Shown: positions 50,553 through 62,469, counted from the first letter of the whole stretch. The stretch: DNA of 63,942 nucleotides, filler included, from Octopus bimaculoides (GCF_001194135.2; 6 parts of 6 records of this genome joined end to end with filler, not necessarily neighbours in it); one strand, 5' to 3'. Notes: a model not told the origin generated them from the sequence alone. Numbers and translations: made by a program.

Positions 50553-50643
50553 CTAGCAGAAATACCCGGCGTTGCCCGGGTTAAAGAGAATAATGAAATC
50601 TAAAAACGCCGTCTAGACTACGCATCATCTTTATATATAGAGA
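50553..50643 (-). mobile_element. Complete 91-bp non-autonomous Helitron
   Basis: Minus strand A|TCtctatatataaag...acccgggcaacgccgggt(hairpin)atttctgCTAG|T: 5' TC, 3' hairpin plus CTAG, inserted between A and T, no TSD. Confidence 0.8.
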
Positions 50644-50911
50644 TGTATATACACACACGCACCCAAACACACGTATATATATGTATATCAATATAAATAT
50701 ATGAAAGTCAATGAAGTTTCGTAAAAGAACGTGATCATGTACATACTTTCTTGCTGTTGTGATTATAACACCTCATTGTAAACTGTGTTCCTTGTTTTCC
50801 CTTGTGGAGCATATACAAATAGGTTTTTTGTTGCTGCCCACTCTTGAGCAGCCAACATACAGTTGTCCATGTGAGAAGCAGGGCTCTTCCAAGAGAAGAC
50901 CAGCTACAGAC

Positions 50912-51011
50912 NNNNNNNNNNNNNNNNNNNNNNNNNNNNNNNNNNNNNNNNNNNNTTAATTAATTAANNNNNNNNNNNNNNNNNNNNNNNNNNNNNNNNN
51001 NNNNNNNNNNN
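50912..51011. other. Artificial scaffold join
   Basis: 44 N + TTAATTAATTAA (50956-50967) + 44 N. Confidence 0.95.
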
Positions 51012-52669
51012 ATATATATATATATATATATATATAGACACGTACATACTCACATATGCATATACATATATCATTCCCGAGAGTAAGTTTGCTCTATGGA
51101 GATCTTTTCTAAATCAATTAACTATTTGAATTATGTATTCAATTCGATTGTGAGTGCTGTTGCCATTTTTAGGATACAGCGAGAGAGAGAGTGAAAGAGA
51201 GAGAGAGAGAGAATGAAAAACAGACAGAATGTTAGTGAGAGAAGAAAGTGAGCGAGCAACAGAGCCAAGGAAGAAAGAGGAGTGAGAAAGACAGAGATAA
51301 GATGCAGATACGCACGTTTTTACATAACAGCACACAAAATATGTGTGTGTGTTTTGTGCTTTTATTGGTCCATATGCATAAGGAGCGACTCTTTTTCGTT
51401 TGTGTGTGTGTGTGTATATATGCATCCATATGAATGCTTTATCTCAATATTCTGCTTATTTCTTTCTCTCTCTCTCTCTCTCCCATTCTCTCTCACTCTT
51501 CTTTCTAATGTGTGCGTATCATTATCCATCTATCTCTCTATTTACCTATCTCTGACTCTTATAAGTTGTGGAGTGAATATGTGTGTGTTTGTGCGTTCGT
51601 GTGTGTGTGTATGTTTGTTGTGTATCTATCTATATATNNNNNNNNNNNNNNNNNNNNNNNNNNNNNNNNNNNNNNNNNNNNNNNNNNNNNNNNNNNNNNN
51701 NNNNNNNNNNNNNNNNNNNNNNNNNNNNNNNNNNNNNNNNNNNNNNNNNNNNNNNNNNNNNNNNNNNNNNNNNNNNNNNNNNNNNNNNNNNNNNNNNNNN
51801 NNNNNNNNNNNNNNNNNNNNNNNNNNNNNNNNNNNNNNNNNNNNNNNNNNNNNNNNNNNNNNNNNNNNNNNNNNNNNNNNNNNNNNNNNNNNNNNNNNNN
51901 NNNNNNNNNNNNNNNNNNNNNNNNNNNNNNNNNNNNNNNNNATAAACATAGGTTTCCGTTTTGTAGTCATTATATCGAAGAATATGCGTGAGTGTATAAT
52001 ATATTATTACTATTATTATTATTATTATCATCATCAATAAAGAAGAGAGCGACTGTTATCAAATGAGCGATATTTCGACATCTCGTGTACCGTCCATTTA
52101 GTAACAGTCGCACTTTTCTTTATTGCTTCTTTACTTTCTGGAGGAGTAACCTTAATCCTATTATTATTAATAATTATTAAAGCGGTAGGCTTGCAAACGG
52201 ATGATGACGACGACTCTTCAAATTTATCAGTGCATCTTTGCACCAGCCAGAGTGACTGCAAGGACTTTCACACTGGCCCACCGAGTTCTAACTGTCACTT
52301 TTGATAATCTTTCTTTCGTTAAATTTGCCAATTGTTATTTTGCCGAAATGTTTCGGGTGTTGCAATAGAAACAGTTGTTGAAGCTGTATTGATGTTTAGT
52401 TGCGTTTGTTTTTTAATTGCATGTACGTTAGTGTTGCTTAACTATTCAGTAACTTGTATCTCTGTGTGTTCTATGACGAAAGGCCCCAGCTTGGTCTAAC
52501 TATTGTCCATTGGTTTTTGTTTTACATTTACAGTTTTCCTGTGGGTCTGGTTATCAAGGTCTGATAAATTTTAATGTAATATGTCCTTCATTAAACAATA
52601 CCATACGTTGTAATTTGTTGAGAGATCCTTCTGCAATTTCGTTGTATGTGATTGAACAAGTGAGAAGGC

Positions 52670-52987
52670 ACATTGTTTACAGTTTAGGGGAATTCGGCTC
52701 ATGATATTAACGTTATTAGTTCGATTCGTAGCGGTGAGTTGTGTTCTTGAGCAAAACTCAGTTTACACGTAGCTCTAACCTACTCAGCTGGGGAAAAGGC
52801 GTTGTGTTTGTAATTCAAAAGGCCATCTTTGTTATATTCTATGTCACATTGAATCTCCCTGAGAACTGCATCAAGGGCACGCTTGTTGGCGGATTGCTCA
52901 GTCACTTGCATGTTAATTTCGTGAGCAGATTATTCCGATGATTGAATCAACTGGAAACATCATCGTGATAACAGACAGAGTGCCAGA
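52670..52987 (+). mobile_element. Chimeric SINE: CORE-like 5' half with family D 3' half
   Basis: gtgttcttgagcaaaac...tactcagctgg (as at 42660) followed by gaatctccctgagaac...cacttgcatgttaatttcgtgagcag...gagtgccag (as at 40970-41105). Confidence 0.7.
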
Positions 52988-53369
52988 TTGAACAAGTAGT
53001 TTCTCCTTGTATTTTGGCAGTAAACTGCTAGTGATTTTTTTTCCTGACGTAGTTTTGTTTGCTTACGTCAGTTTCATCTGTTGTTGCTGCTGTCTCTGTT
53101 GCTCTTTCATGTTTTCAAGATTCAAGACTACCCTGCACGGTAAGGCTTATTCTAGTTAATCTACCTAATTCTTTAAATTATTTTATTTCTTTCAAGAATT
53201 ATATTGTCCAATTCTAAACCAGCACAGTGTCATCCGATTGATCATATAGCCACCGTTCCCAATAGCGAGAGCGAACGCCTTCATGTTTACTGGTATTTTT
53301 TAATTTTCTTGCTGTACTTAGCAATGTTAATAAGCATGTTTGATAATTCTCCTCAATATTTCGGTGTTT

Positions 53370-53530
53370 CATATTTTGGCCAGCAGTTTTTGAGGAATGG
53401 TATAGTATATCACATGGACCTCAGTACTTGCTTGTAACTTATTGTATCGACCACGAAAGGGTAAAAGTCGACTTCGACGAAATTTGATCTTAGAACATAA
53501 AGAGGAGTTAAATATTATTAAGCATTTTGT
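53370..53530 (-). mobile_element. SINE family A, degenerate
   Basis: gtatcgaccacgaaagggtaaaagtcgacttcgacgaaatttgatcttagaac. Confidence 0.6.
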
Positions 53531-53536
53531 TTAGCT

Positions 53537-54005
<469 letters not shown>

Positions 54006-55639
54006 TAGTTTTGTTGTTCTTGCTGGTGGCGGCGATGGTGATGTCGTTCTCTAGTCTAGGTTTAACCATGGTCTTATAGATCTACTCTCTCTGACATTCT
54101 ACTTATAGCCATACCATCGACTTCATTATCTCATATGCTCTTAATATTTTAGAGACAGTACAATATAAACCCTGTAATTGAGAGTGTTAATTTGGTTGCT
54201 CATTTTTGCTGAAAGATCCATCATGTTTGAAATTCCCTCGCTGGTAACTGCCAAAAAAACACCAGCATACTAAATCAAAACTACTACTACTACTGCTGCT
54301 CCCTTTCGTACTATGTTTTACGACTGCTTCTCGTCATCAACATTATTTTTTTTTCTTCTACTCTTTCTCCTTCTTCATCACTATATATACTAATACTACT
54401 ACTACTACCACCACCACCACCGCTGCGGCTACTGTTACTATTACTACTACTACTGCTGCTACCACTAATACTATTACAAAGAGGGCAACATCTACCAATT
54501 TTAATTATCTAATTATATTCAGCTTGATAAGGTGTCGTTCTCCGACGTTGCCAACGTTACGAATGGTTCTGTTATTTTGTTGATGATACAACTGCAATTC
54601 TGGACCGCCGCTGTTTATCGTAATTATACTGCTGCTGTTACGACTACTACTACTACTGCAGCTGCTGCTGGAAGTGTTGCTGTCAAGTGTAATGATGATG
54701 ATGGGGTGGGTGGATCACGGTCTTTCTCCTTCAGTTTTCTGTTTTTACTCTTACTACTGCTTCTGCTGGTGCTGCTGCAAGTCGTGGCTGATGTGGTTGT
54801 GGTGGTGGTGGTGCTGCTGCTAATGAGGATGACGAGCAAGATGAATATGATGATTATGACGATGAAGATGATGATGACAATGGTGATAAAGATGACGTTG
54901 ATGATGACGACGATGATGACGATCATGATGACGATGATGATGATGATGATAAAGTTGATCATTTTGTTATTACTACTTCAATGGTGGCAGCTCTAACGTC
55001 TTTATACATTGAAGAATTTCATAGAAGTTTTTGTTACTCGTTGTTTATAACTGATACCCCGGCCACCTTTATATCGTTGTCTTTGCTTAACTCTACGCCG
55101 ATTGTAATCTAGCACACCTATAATTTATTCTCAGTCTCTTTTTAACCAGATAATTTTAAGCTCATACCTAGTATACTTGCGTTCCCCTAATTTGTTTAAG
55201 ATTGGTAATGTATGATGTGAGGGAGAATTAGCTGCTATTCTTCAGTACTCGTTGTTGTTTACGTCGAGACCTGAGTGAGCAGAGCTATGTTCGAAATGGT
55301 TTCAAGCATCGATATCTGATATATTGTTTGTAACAGTATCATAATGAATGTTGTCGAGACTTTAACTTTCGTGCACTGAGCTCACGATCATTAGAGGTGT
55401 TCCTGAATAAGATACTTCATTTTACATTGCTCCAGGTTACTCAACTGAAAAAAAAAAACAGGCAGCAACGCCTAGATGTTGACCTTCAAGGCCTCTTACT
55501 GAATTGGATGATAGACTGTCTTCCAATTCAGTAAGAAGCCTTGTAATTCTAGTAAGTAAGACCTCGAAAATTAGGATGAGGCCAGGTACAATGCTGCCAT
55601 GGTTCAATGATTGATAATTTAGATTCGTAATTTTGAGAT

Positions 55640-56528
55640 CTCGAAGTAAACGAGATTACCTATCTCGTCGTGCTCAATTCCTTTATTGATAAATATCACT
55701 TGTTATCCAGACCAACGTTATTTCACGCCTGCCAAAAGGTCGTTGACAAACGTTTATCCCGCCCCCTTTGGAAAATCGTGTAAGTTCTCTCCCTTCATTA
55801 TATTATGGGTATACATAACATCACCCACCTTAAAGGAAAACAGTTGAACGCAGTGAAAACTTCCTTATTGACAATGACAAATTATGAAAACTGCATAAGT
55901 GATAAAAATACATGTAACATCCTGTCACAATCAGCGGACTTGAGATAGTGCACCCGCAATGACATTTTCCTTACCTCTAATATGGTTAATATTGAGATTA
56001 AATTCTTACAAAGATAAACTCCATCTCATTAATCTCTGATTTTTGGTTCTTCGTCTTGTTCAGAAAAGTCAGCGGATTGTGGTCAGTGAACACTTCAATA
56101 GGACACTCGGTGGTTCCCAAATATACGTCAAAATGTCGCAATGACAATAACAAAGCAATGGTTTCTTTCTCATCGGTTGAATAATTCCGCTGGTGCTTGT
56201 CAAATTTTGCTGAGCAATAACAAACAGGATGATCAACACCATTTGCATCTGATTGAAACAGAACACTGCCGACACCAGAGTTACTTGCATCAATAGAAAG
56301 CCTAAATGGTTTCCCAAAATCTGGTGCTATCAAAACTGGAGAACAGGAAGTCCATGAGATTCCCTGCCTCGCTCGAAGTAAACGAGATTACCTGTCTCGT
56401 CATGCTCACTTCCTGTAGACCAACGTTATTTCACGTCTGACAAAAGGTCGTTGACAAACGTTTATCTCGCCACCTTCAGAAAATAGTGTAAGTTCTCTCA
56501 CTTCATTGTATTATAGGTATACACAACA
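55640..56528 (-). mobile_element. Internally deleted Ty3/Gypsy LTR element, Gmr1-like (LTR - RNase H - PPT - LTR)
   Basis: Direct repeats 55640-55820 and 56372-56528, both starting TGTT on the minus strand; PPT-like AAGGTGGGTGA at 55821-55831; RNase H between them. Confidence 0.7.
55931..56345 (-). pseudogene. Ty3/Gypsy RNase H domain, pol C-terminus
   Basis: SPVLIAPDFGKPFRLSIDASNSGVGSVLFQ...HPVCYCSAKFDKHQRNYSTDEKET...VFTDHNPLTFL, frameshift, RWSLSL*EFNLNINHIRGKENVIAGALSQVR*. Confidence 0.9.
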
Positions 56529-56529
56529 C

Positions 56530-57664
56530 TACATACAAATTCACCGAAAAAATATAATCTTATTTTCCGGTAACACCATATGTTACCTTTCTCGTTTTAA
56601 TTAATTTTGGCTTACTGACATATGTCAAAGTGTTTTCGTTTACATTTGTGATATCACTACCAGTGTCCAACTATATTTTAACACTTGTATTTCTGACTTT
56701 CACCTTCACGAAATTCTATATCGTTGTTTTACCAATTTCTTCCAATGACATACTATTTATTATTTTTCCTTTGTTCTGCCATTTTGTATTCTTCGTTCTA
56801 CAATGCGTCTTTATATGTCTGGTATTACCACAAGGAAAGCACACTGCTTTCTTAAATGGACAATGTTTCCTCAGGTGTATACTTCCACATGCAAAACATG
56901 GGTTTATTTCCTGATTTGTCTTGTGTTTTTTTAGAAAACACTTTATCTCTATTCTTACTACTTCGCAATTGTTTACTCGGAAACCATCTTTACGTTCAAT
57001 GTCCTATGTGTCTTTCACGTTCTTCTGACACTTGCTGTAGGGTTACTTCCTGGCTTTGTTCCAGTTTTGCGAGAATTCTAGTTCTAACTTAGGCGTTGTT
57101 TTCGGTAGTAAATCCCTAGGTAAAAATCAGGCATTTGAACATATCTGGTGTTAATTCGTCCAGCTTGAACTTCTTACATTCCCTGTTAGCTCTACCAGCA
57201 TACGTGATGTAGTTCTCGTCGCTGTTTTTTTCTCTATGTTCTGACACTTCCAACAATGAACAATGAGCTTTTGTCACCAAAAATTTTACGCAATATGTTT
57301 ATTGTGTCATTACATTTTATGTCAGTAGGTTTTCTCGGGAGTACATAATTGCTGTGACGCTCATGTTCTGCCGCCGCCAAAGATTAACAGCGTTTTCATC
57401 TAATCGTCCCAATCTTTACATTTTTTTTTCACGAAGACTTGCTCATATCTTCTGGAGTATGCTTCGAAGGTAGCTCCTTCGTCTGGTTCGTATATGAAGT
57501 TTGTTATGGAGATCGTGACAGCTTGGCGAGAACATTTCTTCTGAATTTCCTGACGACTTCCTTAGTTGCAGCATTTGTTGCTCTAATATTATTTGTTGAA
57601 GTTGTATCTGCTGTTGTTACTGCTGTTTTTGCAACTCGAGCAATACTGCCAGCAAATTTTCCAT
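56530..57664 (-). pseudogene. Ty3/Gypsy (Mag/K02A2.6-like) gag-protease remnant
   Basis: Minus strand with stops and shifts: MENLLAVLLELQKQQ...EHERHSNYVLPRKP...KFKLDELTPDMFKCLIF...VRTRILAKLEQ; CCHC knuckle CFPCGNTRHIKTHC (about 56800-56842); protease LDTGSDIT (56650-56671). Confidence 0.85.
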
Positions 57665-57792
57665 ACTTCTACGATTTTTCGTACAATTCGTACACCAACT
57701 ATGTGAGTTTATTCACTCCTCTTCGATTTTATTAATTACTCGTGAATTGTTTAAATCCTCGTCGAGTTTCTTAATTCATTGTAGTTGTTTAA

Positions 57793-57805
57793 ATCCTCGT
57801 CACCA
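57793..57805 (-). promoter_or_regulatory. Primer-binding site, complementary to tRNA-Ser(GCT) 3' end
   Basis: TGGTGACGAGGAT, 1 nt after the LTR end; metazoan tRNA-Ser(GCT) ends ATCCTCGTCGCCA (one G:U). Confidence 0.75.
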
Positions 57806-57806
57806 C

Positions 57807-58008
57807 TGTTATAAACCATAAAATGTTGGAATGTTATAACGCGCCACTTCAGTACACAGTAATATTTAGTAAAACCGTAAAAGACAAGGCTATTTCTGAC
57901 CGTTCACTACGTAGTCCGGTACTTCAAGCACTTCTATTTACTTATTGTGTCTGTTATTCCATTTGTGACGTGGGGGTGGTGTACCATTATAACTAATTCC
58001 CTGCAACA
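57807..58008 (-). mobile_element. 5' LTR of the Mag-like element (about 202 bp)
   Basis: Minus strand TGTTGCAG...TATAACA with TGTT/AACA termini; 3' boundary fixed by the PBS, 5' boundary inferred. Confidence 0.6.
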
Positions 58009-59381
58009 GAAATCCAATGGTAAATGGTTTGTGGGATCACGATGTAAAGGTTTGCTTCTTTTTTCTTTCACAGTAGCAGAATTAGAGAGAGGAGGAGGAT
58101 CGAGGGAGAGACAGAGAGAGGCAGACAGACAGAGACAGATAGACGGAAATAGATAGATAGAGAGACTAACAAACAGATTGTTCGTGAGTGAATAAGAGAG
58201 TGAGGGTGTGAATGAGATACTGAGTTAGTGAATCACTTAATAAGTCAGTCACTGAGTTCATCAGTCAGTCAGTGTGGGTGTGTGTGTGTGAGTTTACTAC
58301 TGGTCTAGAACTTTCTCTATCAAATCGAGGGGATTCAAAATAATTTTGATCGCGGCGGTAATAAAAACACCGAAAGAAAAAGAAAAGAGACGCGAGAAAA
58401 ATACAATGCATTCCATGTGGCTATCTAACGATTTTGTCAATTTGATGTTTCTCCCTAAGAAGTATATTAAACGTACACCTGTCTCTGATATAAATCATTA
58501 CTTACAGTTTAATTTCTTGACAAGTTAGTTCTATTCAGGGAAAAGTTGTGACACTCATCGTAGAAACAGCCGGGGTAGCATTTACTTTTTTTACATTATG
58601 ATCAGGTCAAGAACAATTGATGGCGATGATGATGATGAGGTCGTTTTCGTTGCTTGTGTTAATGGGGTGATGTTTGCGATGATGATTATCACGACGATGG
58701 TGGTGGTGGTGGTGGTTGTGCTAATGACGACGACGACGACGACTACGACAGACGAAGACTTCGACGGCAACTACAGTGATAACTACAAAAAAAAACAAAA
58801 CATTATTACGATGAGGACGACTACGAAATTGAAGCCACGTCGACGATGAAGATGATGACAACGATGACAACGTTAAAGTAGTGGAAGAAGAGAGAATAGT
58901 GCTTAATAGTATTGACATACTGAATACTGACAATGAAGACGATGGCATTGACGATGACAATGATGATGATGATGATGATAGTTATGGTGACATTCATGAT
59001 TGAAAGAATCAGTAGAAATGCATAAAGAAGTTAGACTGATTGTTATTGTAAGGAATGAGGCTCAAAATGATGATAAAGATGATGGTGATGATGATGATGA
59101 TCATCATCAAGATATTAGTGAAGGTGGTGAAGACGCTGACAACGATAATGGCAGTGTAGAAGGACGGACGATAAATTGATTCCACTTAAGCACACGACAG
59201 TTTAGTTAAGAGCAAAGATGTCAAATGGACATACCTGAGTTCAACCCTGCCCCGCCCTCAACGGTTATGTCAATATATCGCATAAAGAAGTTAATCTTGG
59301 TATCAACTAACCAAACAGATAAGGTGATAGCTTAACAAGCTACAGGTCTTCATTTCTGACCCAAGCCGTCCTGCATCACCC

Positions 59382-59417
<36 letters not shown>

Positions 59418-59517
59418 NNNNNNNNNNNNNNNNNNNNNNNNNNNNNNNNNNNNNNNNNNNNTTAATTAATTAANNNNNNNNNNNNNNNNNNNNNNNNNNN
59501 NNNNNNNNNNNNNNNNN
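59418..59517. other. Artificial scaffold join
   Basis: 44 N + TTAATTAATTAA (59462-59473) + 44 N. Confidence 0.95.
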
Positions 59518-59521
59518 TATA

Positions 59522-59554
<33 letters not shown>

Positions 59555-59656
59555 TTACATCTATACATGTATGTGTGTATATAACGGAATAAAGGCATAA
59601 ACAATCAATCAACAGGTGCCAAGTGTCAGTTTATAACATATTTATACTTATATAAC

Positions 59657-60038
59657 ATCACCTGGATCATCCGGTTCACCTGGATCGACCAGGCTGTCCG
59701 GTGCCGTGTCTTGCTCCGTTGCCCACAGCATTCGGTCCATTCTCCTCGTGCTCTTGCTATTCTCCTCCCGTTGTTCCAAACATCTTTCTTAAACCATCTT
59801 CCCACCTGATTGGAGGTCTTCCGAGTGGTCTCTTCCGCTCGCACGTGTACCACTCAACAACTACGCGAGCCCACCAATTGTCTGCGAACCTTACGACATG
59901 AATGGTCCATCGTAGCTTTGTGTGGTGATATTCTACGATGACGTACTTCACTCCAGTTCTATCCCCGAATTCCTTGTTCCGGATGTGATCTCTTAGGGAG
60001 ATTCCCAACACCGAACTTTCCATGGCTCTCTGTACCAA
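59657..60038 (-). mobile_element. RTE-clade LINE 3' end
   Basis: VQRAMESSVLGISLRDHIRNKE...KLRWTIHVVRFADNWWARVVVEW...KRPLGRPPIRWEDGL, ending in a short repeated tail GATCCAGGTGA x2. Confidence 0.85.
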
Positions 60039-60923
60039 GATGTTTTCTTGTTCTTTTTATGAAGTGTCCTGTCCATTATGCCCCAGAGGTGTTCAACAGG
60101 ATTCATATATGTGGTGTCTGGCTTGGCCATGGAAGCTTTTTAATGCCAATCTCATCCAACAAATCTTGAGTCATTTCAGCCGTGTGACTAGGAGCCCCAT
60201 CTTCCATAAATAAAGATCCTTCTTTAATAATTTCACCAATGGAGAAGATTGGAAGGAATCTTTTCTGCAATATGGACACATATTTACCTGAGTCTATGTT
60301 TCCTTCACAGTCCACCAGCTCTGATCAACCATTGCTCCAACCTGCTCCTCAGACCATCACAGAATATCGCTGCCGTGTTTCATTGCTGGCTGCAATCTTT
60401 TCATATCAAAATCTTGATCGCAGAGTCTCCGGACCCACACTCGACAACTTTCAGGAAGTACAGTAAATCTGGACTCATAAGAGAATGTGACAGTAACCCA
60501 AAATGGTAGTGGCTTCTCCATCATGTCACTGGTCCCATCTTTTCTCCCCTTGATGTTGGCTGGTTAAAGAAGTGGCTTACTTCTTGATGCTCTGCCATAG
60601 TAAACAAGCTTGTAGAAATAGCTGACAGCTGTTCTGGCACTGACATCAACGTGTTCTGGTATGTTAGAGGTCTTGCAATGAGAATTATCCTCTTCACTTC
60701 TTTTAACAAAGAGGAGTGTCCTGTCAGAGAGCCCTGGTTGATCTGGGCGAAGTGATTGTGGATTCCTACCCCTTTCTGGTGAATTGCACAATCACTCTAT
60801 TAACTGTAGAAAGCGGGATCCCAAGGATTTCTGCGATTTTACGCTATGTCCACTTTCAGAATGTCCCAAATTACAGCCTCTTCGAAATTCAGACAGTTCC
60901 AAGGCTTCTTTTGTGCATGGCAT
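60030..60923 (-). pseudogene. Tc1-like (DD34E) transposase, degenerate, C-terminally truncated
   Basis: MPCTKEALELSEFRRG...IAEILGIPLSTVNRVI...YYGRASRSKPLL...CEGNIDSGKYVSIL...FMEDGAPSHTA...LPWPSQTP, shift, NPVEHLWGIMDRTL. Confidence 0.88.
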
Positions 60924-61629
60924 GATTAAACAGTCACATATAGAACCTGAAACATAAGAATGTCAATTATTAAAAATGTAAACCGTTACAAGTTAGAATA
61001 CACATAAAACGATGTTTTATCGGGTGTCTGTTTACTTCCGTTATGTCTGCGTACATGCCTGCAACAACCGGCTATTTCTTTCCCGAAGGGTTTTTCAACG
61101 CGATATTTACATGCTATTAGCTTTATGTATATGTATGTATGTATGTATGTATGTATATATATATATATNNNNNNNNNNNNNNNNNNNNNNNNNNNNNNNN
61201 NNNNNNNNNNNNNNNNNNNNNNNNNNNNNNNNNNNNNNNNNNNNNNNNNNNNNNNNNNNNNNNNNNNNNNNNNNNNNNNNNNNNNNNNNNNNNNNNNNNN
61301 NNNNNNNNNNNNNNNNNNNNNNNNNNNNNNNNNNNNNNNNNNNNNNNNNNNNNNNNNNNNNNNNNNNNNNNNNNNNNNNNNNNNNNNNNNNNNNNNNNNN
61401 NNNNNNNNNNNNNNNNNNNNNNNNNNNNNNNNNNNNNNNNNNNNNNNNNNNNNNNNNNNNNNNNNNNNNNNNNNNNNNNNNNNNNNNNNNNNNNNNNNNN
61501 NNNNNNNNNNNNNNNNNNNNNNNNNNNNNNNNNNNNNNNNNNNNNNNNNNNNNNNNNNNNNNNNNNNNNNNNNNNNNNNNNNNNNNNNNNNNNNNNNNNN
61601 NNNNNNNNNNNNNNNNNNNNNNNNNNNNN

Positions 61630-61674
<45 letters not shown>

Positions 61675-62335
61675 ATGTATATAAAGATAAGCACTCACAA
61701 ACAAATACAAAACACACACTCACACACACATGCACACACACAAGCACACACACACACACACGCATTCACACACAACCAAACCACCTCGCACACATATACG
61801 TAGGCGCAGCCACAAACGGGAAACAGATTCCATCAAATGCTTTGTATTCTTATGAAAGTTTGGAAGGTAAACCGAATAAAAACGTCACGAGTTAATTCCA
61901 TGAGTGGTTGCGTTTTTATTAATTTGTTTAATGTAGCTGGTCGTATCATTATTGTTGATGTTGTTGATGTTGTCGCTCATAATGTTGTTGCTTTTATAAT
62001 TATTGTTGTGTTGCTGTTGTTTGCTTTTTTTTTCTTATATAGTTAACGTAAATCAAATGATAGAGCGCATTAGAAAAGTGAACGAAAAAATATATACAAC
62101 AAATAATATAAAAGTTATATAACCAGAAAGAAATCAGTGTAGAGATGTATTTCTAGTTTATCTGCCATTTAGGCACACATGCACATACACGAACAAATAT
62201 GTACATATAAATATAGACTTTTATTTATAGATACATGCATATTAATACATATGCGATGTATGCATACAAGTATATGTGTGTAAAAGTATAAAGTTGTGTA
62301 CGTGAATATATGTATATTTATGGCTGTGTATATAT

Positions 62336-62435
62336 NNNNNNNNNNNNNNNNNNNNNNNNNNNNNNNNNNNNNNNNNNNNTTAATTAATTAANNNNNNNNN
62401 NNNNNNNNNNNNNNNNNNNNNNNNNNNNNNNNNNN
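62336..62435. other. Artificial scaffold join
   Basis: 44 N + TTAATTAATTAA (62380-62391) + 44 N. Confidence 0.95.
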
Positions 62436-62469
<34 letters not shown>

